DNA of 64,000 bases from the NCBI GenBank assembly GCA_964016885.1, contig OZ024740.1, positions 354,578,001 through 354,642,000 of the forward strand, written 5' to 3'. The DNA is from Eledone cirrhosa (taxonomy: Eukaryota). The translations under genes and the position numbers were made by a program. Every line of letters starts with the position of its first letter. Positions within the stretch are counted from its first letter, which is position 1. Below, one piece after another: positions 26,455-38,009 of this stretch. Under the pieces are notes generated by a model. The model searched no databases and was not told the origin of the DNA. It saw only the letters and a list, made by a program, of their open reading frames with translations.

Positions 26455-27426
26455 CTAGCAGTAAAGCCCGGCGTTGCTCGGGGTCGCTCAGTAGCTGTGT
26501 TAAAGTTACAATGTTAAGTTTCTTTCTTGGCTTAAAAACTGTAGAGTCTACTGTGCAGACTTGCATGTGGTGTTTTTGATTAATATTCCCTCAACCAACA
26601 ATATGCCTTATGAAGTTAAGAAAACATAACGATAACCCGAATGTTATAACAAAAGAGGATGCTGGGGATAGAAACTGCACTGGTTATTTATTAACAAAGA
26701 TCGAAAATGTAAACACTGCAACGCAGAGAAAAACATTAGCGTAACCAAATTATCAGTTATGTCTGTCTGCACGCCTATATCACCTCTCTGCACGACTGTC
26801 TGTCTGCACGCCTATATCACCTCTCTGCACGACTGTCTGTCTGCACGCCTATATCACCTCTCTGCACGACTATCTGTCTGCACGCCTATATCACCTCTCT
26901 GCACGACTATCTGTCTGCACGCGTATATCACCTCTCTGCACGACTGTCTGTCTGCACGACTGTCTGTCTGCACGCCTAACGACGAAATATTTGCTTGTTT
27001 TACGTAGTCTTTAAATAGACTTGTTTTCAAGTAAAAATATTGTTTTAAAATGCTTTTAAATGGAAATGAAGCAAAACGGAAGCTTAGTGTTCGAACTGAT
27101 GAATTTTGCAGGTCAATATTTTGCTGGCTCGACGACTGTTAATGTCATTTTAAACGCTGAGAAAGCCAGCGTAATTTTTTACGTAAGACGCTCAATGTAA
27201 ACAGAACAAAGGGAAATAACTGATAACTTACGCTCAAAAATCGATACATTATATTCGATTTCGTCACATAGGGTGGGTCAATTTGAAATTTTTTTTTTCC
27301 GATGTCTTCGCTCGGGCTCAATGTACAAGTATAGCAATTTCGGTGCAATTCCGTGAGAGATTCTAAGAGGAGATGTGTGCCAAAAATCGATAGACAGACA
27401 GACAACCACAGTTTTATATATATAGA
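26455..27426 (-). mobile_element. Non-autonomous Helitron-like element
   Basis: Minus strand: A|TC start, (CTGT)n near the 5' end, 3' hairpin CCCGAGC-AAC-GCCGGG then CTAG|T; no TSD. Confidence 0.85.
26760..26977. repeat. 37-bp minisatellite (about 5.5 units) inside the Helitron
   Basis: Unit CTGTCTGTCTGCACGCCTATATCACCTCTCTGCACGA. Confidence 0.95.
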
Positions 27427-27751
27427 TTAGTGATTGTATGGGTTAGTATTCAGTTGTGGTTTTAAGTTTTTAAGTTTTTACCGGTTGCGCATTTCTAAAT
27501 GCTTTTCAAAAATAATTTTGAGATAGAGTGTCCGTGTTGTTTGCTCTGATCTGTATATATATATATATCCTATACATACATATATATATATATCCTATAC
27601 ATACATATACATATATTTCAAATGCATACATATATACATATATATATATACACACCACATATACATACACATATATTTTTCTACATACATAAATATATAT
27701 ATACATATATATATATATATTTTTTTTTTATTTTTTTTATTTTATAGAAGG

Positions 27752-27802
27752 AGCTTCTACAGGACTAGTACTGTTTCATTCAGATGAAATCTTCAGGAAG
27801 CT
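27752..27802 (-). ncRNA. Type I hammerhead ribozyme (inverted copy)
   Basis: Reverse complement of 27931-27981. Confidence 0.88.
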
Positions 27803-27930
27803 GGGTGTCATATTAAGTTCTGGTATTTATACATTTAGGTAGTGGTAAGGGAGGGGGTCCCCCCCCCCCCAGCCACCCCCTCCCTTACCACTACCTAAAT
27901 GTATAAATACCAGAACTTAATATGACACCC

Positions 27931-27981
27931 AGCTTCCTGAAGATTTCATCTGAATGAAACAGTACTAGTCCTGTAGAAGCT
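27931..27981 (+). ncRNA. Type I hammerhead ribozyme
   Basis: AGCTTC-CTGAAGA-[tTTCatctGAAt]-GAAA-CAG-tactagtc-CTG-TA^GAAGCT. Confidence 0.88.
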
Positions 27982-28067
27982 CCTTCTATAAAATAAAAAA
28001 ATTTTACTCTGCCATGTATTGAGTACCTTACTTACTGTGGTTATCCCCGACTCAACCCGGGACCTAC

Positions 28068-28122
<55 letters not shown>

Positions 28123-28125
<3 letters not shown>

Positions 28126-30395
28126 TCATCATCATCATCATCAACGTTTAACGTCCGTGTTCCACGCTTGCATGGGTTTGGACGGGGGTAGTCCCACTTG
28201 AGGCAAGAGTGATTGTCTTGCTCGCATAGGACTGTCTGGCAGGTTTTCTACAGTTGGATGCCCTTCCTAACACCAACCACATTTACAGTGTGGGTCTGGG
28301 AGGTTTTTACCGTGTTGCCTACACGGCCACATTACAGCGTGGACTGTGTGTTTTTTTGTCGTGACACCTACACGATCTCATTTGTTTCGGCCTGGATGGC
28401 GCGGCACCAACATAACTTTACATAGAACGGGGTGGTGTGGATGGGGTGGGGGTGGTGGCGGGACGGGGTGTAGTTTGTTAGAGATGCCTACTGGCAAGGC
28501 GGGTCTTCTCTGTTACTGAGTACCGCCAAAGGTCACGGTCCAGTGACATTGTCTTGGAGAGGTGTAAGTGTGTGAGGTCGGAGTTTATCAGCTCATCCCA
28601 TGTTTTTCTAGGTCTGCCTATTCCGTGGCTACCGTCTATCTTTATTGCCCTGCACTTTGTAATACAGCTATCGACTTTCATGCGCATCACGTGTCCATAC
28701 CAACGCAGCCTTCTCTCGAGTAAACAACATCTGATCCCTCTTATCTCTAATTTTTTCCTTAGTTCGTTTATGCTTTGCCGTTCACGTATATTACTGTTAC
28801 ACATCCAGCGGAGCATGCAAGCTTCGTTCCTCTCTAGTCTGCGTATATCCTCTGCACACAATGCCCAGGTCTCACTACCATGCAACATTGCTGTTCGTAT
28901 GCAGGCATCGTACAACCTGCCTTTCATTTTTAGGGAGAACCCTTTAGCAGCTAATAGTGGTATAAGCTCTCTGAACTTTTTCCAACCAGTTCTGACTCTA
29001 GCTACAGTACTTTCAGAGCACCCTCCCCAACTGCTGATTTTATCGCCCAGGTAACGGAAGCTGTCCACTATTTCTATAGAACCCTCTGCGCAATTGAAAG
29101 AGCTAGTATTTTGTGGGCACTTGCTGCTACTTATTGCACCAGAACACTGGCCACATGTAAAGTCTATGTTCTTAGTTAGCTTACCTGTGATCCCACTACA
29201 TCTTTTATGCACCCATACTTTGCATTTAGGACATAAGATGGAGTTTCTACCTACGCCTTTCCTACATACCGAGCACGACCATTTCCCAGAAGGGACCGCC
29301 GCCTTGTTTTCTTTCCTACAAACTAGAACTTTGGTCTTAGCCAGGTTAATTTTAAGTCCTTTTGACTCTAGGCCGTGCTTCCATGTTTGGAATTTCTTCT
29401 CTAGCTCGGCCATTGATTCCGCTATGAGTGTCAGGTCGTCTGCGTATAGGAGTTCCCATGGGCAGCCTGTCTTGAACTCCTCTGTTATAGCCTGAAGGGC
29501 AATAATAAATAGTAGGGGGCTGAGAACAGAGCCCTGATGGACGCCAACTTTTACGCTAAACTCTTCACTATATTCGTTGTTAATTCTAACCTTGCTGACT
29601 GTTTCTTTATACATGGCTTGTATAGCCCTCACAAGCCATTCGTCAACGCCTAGTTTTCTAAGAGCCCACCAGATAATGGAGCGGGAGACTCTGTCGAAGG
29701 CTTTCTCCAGGTCGACAAAAGCTAAGTAGAGGGGTTTACCTTTAGCTAGGTACTTCTCCTGTAGTTGTCGTACTATGAAAAGAGCGTCTGTGGTACTTTT
29801 GCCTGACACAAACCCGAACTGCATTTCATCTAGATCAATTCTCTCTCTGATTAGTTGCGCTATTACTTTTTCCGTGACCTTCATGACCTGGTCGATTAAT
29901 TTAATGCCTCTATAGTTACTCCTATCTAGGGCGTCTCCTTTACCCTTATAACAGTTAACGATGATGCTGCTATGCCAGTCCTTCGGAACAACCCCATTCT
30001 GTACGACTTGGTTAACTATGCGGGTGACCATGGTGTGTCCCACCGTGCCAGATGCCTTCAGCATCTCAGCAACTATTTCCGAAGGCCCAGCCGCCTTACC
30101 AGTCTTCATATCCTTGATTGCCTTACTTATTATACTCCCCTCGACTAACACTGCTGGTCCCTCTATCGGGTCGATATGGGGGAGACTGTCTTTCTCCCAT
30201 TTATTCTCCTCATTTAGTAGCCTTTCATAGTGACACTTCCAAGCTACCTTCTTATCAGTGTCGGTGATGGCAAGTATGCCATCATCGTTAAGTACACACT
30301 TCTCCCCGACAATATCACGGTTTTCCTTGACGCATTGCCTGGCAATCCTGAACACCTCACGTTTTTGGTCATCGCGTTGTAGAACATGCTTGAAC
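28123..30395 (-). mobile_element. Young 5'-truncated RTE LINE with 3'UTR and (GAT)n tail
   Basis: Open ORF, complete 3'UTR, (CAT)n on the plus strand at about 28123-28141, (TA)-rich flanks. Confidence 0.97.
28478..30355 (-). CDS. RTE reverse transcriptase ORF (625 aa, no endonuclease in this copy) with embedded PHD-type finger
   Basis: [50 protein letters not shown]4HC3, FRYLG, RLRWYGHV, GRPRKTW all in one frame; the start codon is only the first available one after truncation. Confidence 0.9.
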   Translation of the reverse strand: MFRIARQCVKENRDIVGEKCVLNDDGILAITDTDKKVAWKCHYERLLNEENKWEKDSLPHIDPIEGPAVLVEGSIISKAIKDMKTGKAAGPSEIVAEMLKASGTVGHTMVTRIVNQVVQNGVVPKDWHSSIIVNCYKGKGDALDRSNYRGIKLIDQVMKVTEKVIAQLIRERIDLDEMQFGFVSGKSTTDALFIVRQLQEKYLAKGKPLYLAFVDLEKAFDRVSRSIIWWALRKLGVDEWLVRAIQAMYKETVSKVRINNEYSEEFSVKVGVHQGSVLSPLLFIIALQAITEEFKTGCPWELLYADDLTLIAESMAELEKKFQTWKHGLESKGLKINLAKTKVLVCRKENKAAVPSGKWSCSVCRKGVGRNSILCPKCKVWVHKRCSGITGKLTKNIDFTCGQCSGAISSSKCPQNTSSFNCAEGSIEIVDSFRYLGDKISSWGGCSESTVARVRTGWKKFRELIPLLAAKGFSLKMKGRLYDACIRTAMLHGSETWALCAEDIRRLERNEACMLRWMCNSNIRERQSINELRKKLEIRGIRCCLLERRLRWYGHVMRMKVDSCITKCRAIKIDGSHGIGRPRKTWDELINSDLTHLHLSKTMSLDRDLWRYSVTEKTRLASRHL

Positions 30396-30602
30396 TATAT
30401 AGGATATATATATATATATATCCTATACACACCCCATATATATATATTTTTTACACATATACCATACTTACATGTTATATACACACCATATATATCCTAT
30501 ACATATACCGCACATATATCCAACACATATATCATATATATCCTATATATACACTATACATAGCCTACATACATATTATATATATCTCCCACATATATAC
30601 AC

Positions 30603-30632
<30 letters not shown>

Positions 30633-30634
<2 letters not shown>

Positions 30635-32352
30635 GAGAGACTGATGAATGTGGAGAACGAATGGGAGAGAGAGAAATTACCCTTGGTAGATCCGACAGAG
30701 GGACCAGCTATTGAGATTGACGAATATAGGGTCCAAGAGGCGATTAGGGAAATGAAAAATGGTAAGGCTGCCGGACCATCGGGAATAGTTGCTGAGATGC
30801 TGAAGGCATCAGGGGACGTAGGCACTAAACTGGTTGCACGCATCATCAATCAGGCTATATATGGTGGTGTCATACCCAAAGACTGGTGCAGCAGTATTCT
30901 CATAAATTGCTACAAAGGTAAAGGGGATGCTTTGGAGAGGAGCAATTATAGGGGTATAAAACTGATAGATCAGGTTATGAAAGTGGCAGAAAGGATTTTA
31001 GCACAACTAATTAGAGAAAGGGTCAAACTAGATGAGATGCAGTTTGGTTTTGTGCCTAGGAAGAGTACAACAGATGCCCTCTTCTTGGTGAGACAATTGC
31101 AAGAGAGGTTCTTAGAGAAGAATAAGCCACTATACTTAGCCTTTGTTGACCTAGAGAAGGCTTTGATAGGGTACCCCGATCTGTCATCTGGTGGTCCCTA
31201 AGGAAGCTAGGTGTTGAGGAATGGCTTGTGAGGACAGTGCAAACTTTGTACAGAGGTACTCTCAGTAAAGTCAGGGTAGGAATGGAGTTTAGTGAGGAAT
31301 TCCAGATACAAGTAGGAGTACATCAGGGTTCGGTCCTCAGCCCGCTCTTGTTCATTATAGTCCTCCAAGCCATAACAGAGGAGTTTAAGACTGGCTGTCC
31401 ATGGGAACTTCTCTATGCTGACGATCTGGTTCTTATAGCAGAATCAGTAGAGGAGCTAGAGAATAAATTCTGGCTATGGAAACAGCAGTTGGAAGCAAGA
31501 GGACTGAGAGTGAATCTAGCTAAGACAAAAGTGTTGATGAGTAGAAAAGAGGACAAAACCCTGATTCCGTCAGGGAAATGGCCATGTTCGATATGCAGAA
31601 AAGGAACTGGCATAAATTCTATAAAATGCACACAATGCAGATCCTGGGTACACAAGAGATGTAGCGGGATAGCAGGCAAACTAACAAGTAGGGAGAAATA
31701 TGTATGCAGTAGATGTACAGGGAAATTAGACAGTAGAAGTCGCACTGATAGACACATTTTTCAAATGCAAGAGGGCGCTATAGAAGTGGTGGATAGCTTC
31801 CGGTACCTAGGAGATCAGATTAGCATGGGAGGAGGGTGTTCCGAGGCCATAGTATCTAGAATAAGGACGGGTTGGAAGAAGTTTAGGGAGCTGCTTCCTC
31901 TGTTGATGAAGAAGGGTTTCTCCCTGCGTACGAAAGGCCGGTTGTATGATGCCTGTGTGAGGAGCGCGATGCTGCATGGTAGTGAGACATGGGCAGCAAC
32001 TGCAGAGGATATGCGACGGCTGGAGAGAAATGAGGCAAGCATGCTCCGTTGGATGTGCAGTGTAAATGTGCGTGAACGACCCAGCATAAATGTGTTGAGA
32101 GAGAAACTGTGTCTGAGAGGGATAGAATGTAATGTACGGGAGAGGAGACTGAGGTGGTATGGCATGGAGGATGACCGATGGGTGAAGAAGTGCCAGGAAT
32201 TGCCAGTTGAAGGAAGACGTGGTAGAGGTAGACCACGAAAAACATGGGCAGAGGTGGTGAGAACAGACCTCAGGTCATTGAAGCTCACGGTGGAGATGAC
32301 GAGGGACCGTGACGAGTGGAAAGATGCTGTGCTGAATAAGACCCATCCCACC
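30633..32352 (+). mobile_element. RTE LINE, second subfamily, 5'-truncated, frameshift near 31160
   Basis: ORFs 30386-31201 and 31228-32385 give the same motif order with many substitutions; PHD CSIC..CTQC..HKRC..CSRC. Confidence 0.95.
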
Positions 32353-32399
32353 ATATATACATTGGTGTGGGGAAGGGGAAATTAATGAAAAGTTATTGT

Positions 32400-32732
32400 A
32401 CCTCTGAGGGTTTTTCTTCTTTTCAGCGATCGAATGTTTGAGAGTACGGGTGTCATCAACTATTTTTCTTTTTCAATATGAGATTTTTTTAAAGAAAAAA
32501 GAGGGGGAGAATCCCGTTGCTTGAAGATGGAATATCACTTTTTTGTGTTCAGTAGTGGTTTGTATTTTCTAATAAAGAATTCTTCTTTATATTTTCGGAA
32601 GTGTTCGTTGTCCGACCATATCTTAAAGAAGGGGATAATTGTGAAATTTCCCTTTCCGCATGTTGCAAAGTGTTCACTGCATGTGGTGTTTCTGACAGAG
32701 GGGTCTCTCATTTGTTGTTTATATAAAACCAC
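32400..32732 (-). mobile_element. PLE GIY-YIG C-terminal remnant plus downstream sequence
   Basis: KQQMRDP..SEHFATC..FTIIPF..FRKYKEEFFIRKYKPLLN (R..E..FI..P.LN terminal motif). Confidence 0.7.
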
Positions 32733-33054
32733 TTAAATGCTTAATCACTGTATAAATATATAAAAATGTAAAACCTGAAAAATTATTTTAAAATGATTTA
32801 GAGATTATAAAATCTAGAAAGAAAACTTCAATAAAAATTAGAAAAGCTTCTTAAACGTATTAATATATAAATATTAGATGTATAAGATTTGTGTAATAAT
32901 TGTTGTACAACTGTTGTATGATGACAAATAATGAGTATAAAAGCTATGGAAGGAATCATGTGGAATTAGAAGAATGTGAAAATATGGGAACAAAGAAACA
33001 TATCAGTGTAGAAATATAAAAACAAAAATACACATATGATAGCCCACTTATGTA

Positions 33055-33200
33055 TAGTCATGGCTGTTAAGGAGTTTGCTACACAACCACATGGTTTTGG
33101 GTTTAGTCATCTCACTGCACAGTACCTTGGGCAAGTGTCATTTAATATAGTCTTGGGTTCACCAATGCCTTATGAATGAAATTTGAGACACAAACTGCAA
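33055..33200 (+). mobile_element. Decayed tRNA-derived SINE (family B); related copies at about 43280-43380 and 48448-48600
   Basis: TGGCTGT..CAACCACATGGTT..GGGTT..CCTTGGGCAAGTGTC..TATAG; resembles octopus OK-type SINEs (from memory). Confidence 0.7.
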
Positions 33201-33340
33201 AAGCTGGTCTTATATGCTAAAATGATCTCAGTAAAGTGTGGTTATGCATATAAGCAATATACTGAACCTCCGGCCCATCTGAAAAGTTAGTAACTCAACT
33301 AGAATGCTGACCAGTCTGTTACAACTTGTTCAGCCCTTGA

Positions 33341-33548
33341 CCCTTTAGCATTTGCAATACTCTATATTTACTATTGTATTTTCACAGAAAAGGCTTTATC
33401 TCGCATAATATCGAATTTATGAGATTTTGATATTATTTATTTTGAGAACAATACCTTAACGTCAGTATGAGCGGCCATTTGTGACCAGCTTGAACAGAAA
33501 GATGTGAGAGAATTCTGGCCAGATACGGCTGGTTTAAACGCTAAAGGA
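33341..33548. mobile_element. TTAA-type MITE (piggyBac-like ends)
   Basis: TTGA|CCCTTTAGCATTT ... AAACGCTAAAGGA|TTAA; same family at 49761 and 55780. Confidence 0.85.
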
Positions 33549-33555
33549 TTAAACA

Positions 33556-33587
<32 letters not shown>

Positions 33588-33604
33588 ATATATATATATA
33601 TAAT

Positions 33605-33915
33605 CATCATCATCATTTTATAATTCACTTTTCCATGCTTGCATGGGTCATTTCCTCAGTGAGCTTCAGTAATTTCAGATTAGCTCTTGCAATCTTTGCC
33701 CAGGTCTGCCTTGGTCTTCTAGTGCAGCTAAGATTTCTTCACCCAACGATCATCATCCATACGCATCAAAAGTCAGCCCTGCACCACACAACATCTGATT
33801 CCACTTAGACTCGTATACTCAGTTTCAGTTTCTCTCTCAGTTCATCGATGCTTTGTCCTTCACACATATTAACATTGCATATTCACCAAAACATGCTTCC
33901 TTCATTTCTCTCCTT
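33605..33915 (-). mobile_element. Decayed RTE 3' fragment
   Basis: (CAT)n tail, TTCCATGCTTGCATGGG terminus, RMDDDRWVKK on the minus strand. Confidence 0.7.
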
Positions 33916-33929
33916 CCTTTATATATATA

Positions 33930-34715
33930 CTAGCAGAATGGCCCAGCGCTGCTCGGGATTCGAAACATAGATTGGCATGTTTATCGCCCCTTTCTGAAAC
34001 AGTACAGAGAAGTACAGAATATCTCGGCCTCGGGATGGTGTTTACATTTTGTGCTTTCGTGAAATAAATACGTTTGTTTATATTTTGTTATTGTGTATGC
34101 AAATATATCTGTACACGAATATATAATTATATATATATATATGTATTAAAATAACATATTAAAGTTTAAGCAAAGAATCGCTGCTTTCACCCTTAACAGG
34201 ATCTTCTGAAACTAAAAAAAATCAATCTGAGAACGCAGAAGAAAATATTTCGAAAAACGTTGCAACCGAAGGAAAACGGGAAGACGATACTTTGGTTCGT
34301 GAAGATGTTCCCTGGCAATGAACAGAAAATAGTGAAGATAATACGTCAGCAATGAGAACAATATATATATACACACTATATATATATATATACATATATA
34401 TATAAACACACACACACACACAGATAGCGAAGTCAATGTTTTCATAATGTCGTAATGCAGACAGCCAGTCATACAGACAGATATTATAGTTATGTATCTA
34501 TCTAAAAAGACAAACTAAGAAAGAGAGAGAGATCGCTAATCGGTGTCTATGCGGTCCCTATGGCATTGAAAATTTGAAATATTTTTTGCTCAAAACACTT
34601 ACATAACCATAAGTATTACATGTGTAAAGTTTGAAAAAAATCGGTTGGGTGGTTCTCAAGTTTTAGGGGGACAGACAGACAGAAAGACAGACATTCTCTG
34701 TTTTAGATATATAGA
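33930..34715 (-). mobile_element. Non-autonomous Helitron-like element, second family
   Basis: Plus strand starts A|CTAG..CCCAGCGCTGCTCGGG hairpin and ends (GACA)n..TATATAGA|T. Confidence 0.8.
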
Positions 34716-34799
34716 TATATATCATCATCATCATCATTATCACCATTTTATGTCCATTCTTCCACGCAAAACGGTGATGATGATGATGATATATATATA

Positions 34800-36878
34800 T
34801 TGATCCAATAGAAGGACCAGCGGTGCAAGTTAAAGGTAGTATAATAAGTAAGGCAATCAAAGATATGAAGACAGGCAAGGCAGCTGGGCCTTCAGAGATA
34901 GTTGCTGAGATGTTGAAGGCATCTGGAATGATGGGACGTACTATGGTCACCCATATAGTTAACCAAGTAATACAGAATGGGGTCATACCAAAAGACTGGC
35001 GTTGCAGCAGCATCATTAACTGCGACAAGGGTAAAGGGGATGCTCTAGATAGGGGAAACTATAGAGGCATTAAGTTAGTTGACCAGGTCATGAAGGTCAC
35101 AGAAAGAGTTATAGCACAACTAATCAGAGAGCGAATTGATCTAGATGAAATGCAGTTTGGGTTTGTGTCAGGTAAAAGTACCACAGACGCTCTTTTCTTT
35201 GTACGACAACTGCAGGAGAAGTACCTAGTTAAAAGTAAACCCCTCTACTTAGCTTTTGTAGCCCTGGAGAAAGCCTTTGACAGAGTCCGCCACTCCATTA
35301 TCTGGTGGGCTCTTAGAAAACTAGGTGTAGATGAATGGCTTGTGAGAGCTATACAAAAAGAAACAGTCAGTAAGGTTAGAATTAACAATGAATATTGTGA
35401 AGAAGTGTAAAAGTTGGTGTTCATCAAGGCTCTGTCCTCCTATTTATTATTGCCCTTCAGGCTATAACTGAGGAGTTCAAGACCAGCTGTCCATGGGAAC
35501 TTCTATACACAGATGATCTAACTCTCATAGCTGAATCTGTGGCTGAACTAGAGAAGAAATTCCAAACATGGAAGCATGGCCTAGAATCAAAAGACCTTAA
35601 AGTTAACTTGTCTAAGACTAAAGTTCTAGTTTGTAGAAAGGAAAATAGAACACAGGTGCCCTCAGAGAAATGGCCATGCTCAGTGTGTAGGAAAGGTATA
35701 GGCAGAAATTCCATTTTATGTCCCAAATGCAAACTATGGGTACATAAAAGATGTAGTGGGATCACAGGTAAGCTAACTAAGAATATAGATTTTATATGTG
35801 GCCTATGCTCAGGTGCAATAAATAGCAAGTACCCACAGGATATTAGCTCCTTCTATTGCCCAGATGGTTCTATAGAAATAGTGGACACTTTCCATTACCT
35901 GGGTGACAAAATCAGCAGTGGTGGAGGGTGCTCTGAAAGTACAATAGCCAGAGTCAGAACGGGATGGAAAAAGTTCAGAGAGCTTATACCACTGTTGGCC
36001 ACAAAAAGTTTCTCTCTAAAAATGAAAGGCAGATTGTATGATGCCTGTATACGAACAGCAATGCTACATGGCAGTGAGACATGGGCATTGCGTGCAGAGG
36101 ACCTGCGCAGACTGGAAAGGAACGAAGCATGCATGCTCCGTTGGATGTGTATTAGTAATATACGTTAACGGCAAAGCATAAATGAACTTAGTGAGAAATT
36201 AAGAGGGATCAGATGCTGTTTACTTGAAAGAAGACGATGTTGGTGTGGTCACGTGATGCGCATGAAAGATGACAGTTGTATAAAAAAGTGCAGGCTGATC
36301 AAAATTGATGGTAGCTGCAGAGTAGGTAAATCCAGAAAAACCTGGGACGATTTGATAAATTCCGACCTTATACACTTGCACCTCTCTAAGACAATGTCAC
36401 TGGACCGAGATCTTTGGCACCACACAGTAATACAAAAGACCTGCTTTGCCTATGTACAAAGCGAAACCTAGTCAATAGGCACCTCTTAACCAAATATACA
36501 CCCCAATCCACTACCCCTACCCTATCCTTCCACTCCCACTAACACCACCCTTTCTCTGTAAAGTTGGTACCACAACATCCAGTCCAAATAAATGAGATAA
36601 TGAGATCAAGATCGAGATCGTGTAGGTGTCATGACAAAAAAATACACACAGTCCACACTGTAATGTGGCCGTGTAGATAACACAGTACAAAGTTCCCAGT
36701 TCCACACTGTAAATGTGGTTGGTGTTAGGAAGGGCATCCAGTCATGGAAAACCTGCCAGATAGACCTATATGAGCAAGACACAGTCACCCAACCAACCTT
36801 GCCTCAAGTGGGACAACACCCGTCTAACCCATGCTAGCGTGGAAGATAGACGTTAAACAAAGATGATGATGATGATGA
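34800..36878 (+). mobile_element. RTE LINE pseudogene, 5'-truncated, with 3'UTR and (GAT)n tail
   Basis: ORFs 34823-35410, 35539-36168, 36253-36471. Confidence 0.95.
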
Positions 36879-37106
36879 TATGTATATATATATATATATA
36901 TAAAATTATAAAATAAATCGAAATAAAAACATTTCAATTTTATTGTTCTGTAAAATCTCAATGGAAGTAAGATTTGAAAAATCTGTTTCAAAGCTCACTT
37001 ATATAAGAATATTAGAGAAAACAATATAATTATATAATGTAATTAATACATAAGACAAGTACAAAAGCAATCAGAATATAAAAAATATTACTTACATTAC
37101 TTATTA

Positions 37107-37932
37107 CTTCATCATCATCATCATCGTCGTCGTTTAACGTCCATCCTCCACGCTTGCATGGGTTTGGATGGGAATTTTCCCACTTGAGGCAAGATTGGTT
37201 GTCTTGCTCGTATAGGACTGTCTGGCAGGTTTTCTATGGCTGGATGCCCTTCCTAACACCAACCACGTTTACAGTGTGGACTGGGAGGTTTTTACCGTGT
37301 TACCTACACAGCCACATTACAGCGTGGACTGTGTGTGTTTTTTGTCGTGACACCTACACAACCTCATTTATTTAGGACTGGATGTTGTGGTACCAACATA
37401 ACTTTATATTGAAGGGGGTGGTGTGGATGTGGTGGGGGCTAGTGGGACGGGGTGTATTTTTGTTAGAGGTGCCTACTGACTGTAGGTTTTGCTTTGTACT
37501 TAGGCAAGGCGGGTCTTCTGTGTTACTGTGTAGCGCCAAAGATCTCGGTCCAGTGACATTGTCTTGGAGAGGTGTAAGTGTGTGAGGTCGGAATTTATCA
37601 AGTCGTCCCAGGTTTTTCTGGGTCTGCCTACTCCGTGGCTACCGTCTATTTTTATCGCCCTGCACTTTTTTATACAGCTGTTGTCTTTCATGCGCATCAC
37701 GTGACCGTACCAACGTAGTCTTCTCTCGAGTAAACAACATCTGATCCCTCTTATTCCTATTTCTCCCTTAGTTCGTTTATGCTTTGCCGTTCACGTATAT
37801 TACTATTACACATCCAGCGGAGCATGCAAGCTTCATTCCTCTCCAGTCTGCGTATATCCTCTACACACAATGCCCAAGTCTCACTGCCATGTAACATTGC
37901 TGTTCGTATGCAGGCATCATACAGCCTGCCTT
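37107..37932 (-). mobile_element. 5'-truncated RTE LINE with 12-bp TSD
   Basis: CATTACTTATTA at 37095-37106 and 37933-37944; (CAT)n tail. Confidence 0.93.
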
Positions 37933-38009
37933 CATTACTTATTATACCTAAACTAATCCTATACAGCATTTTCAAATTTTGAAGAAAAAATCCACAAACT
38001 GCCATTGTT

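Larger units (their letters stand above)
27732..28070. mobile_element. Fold-back element: 127-bp inverted arms plus one-sided tail
   Basis: Arms 27732-27858 and 27875-28001, C-rich 16-nt spacer, (TA)n flanks. Confidence 0.92.

Noticed and set aside
26760-26977. 37-bp repeat as a CRISPR array
   Set aside because: Contiguous tandem units without spacers, inside a Helitron
28554-29495. Antisense ORFs over the LINE RTs
   Set aside because: Shadow frames of the RT coding strand
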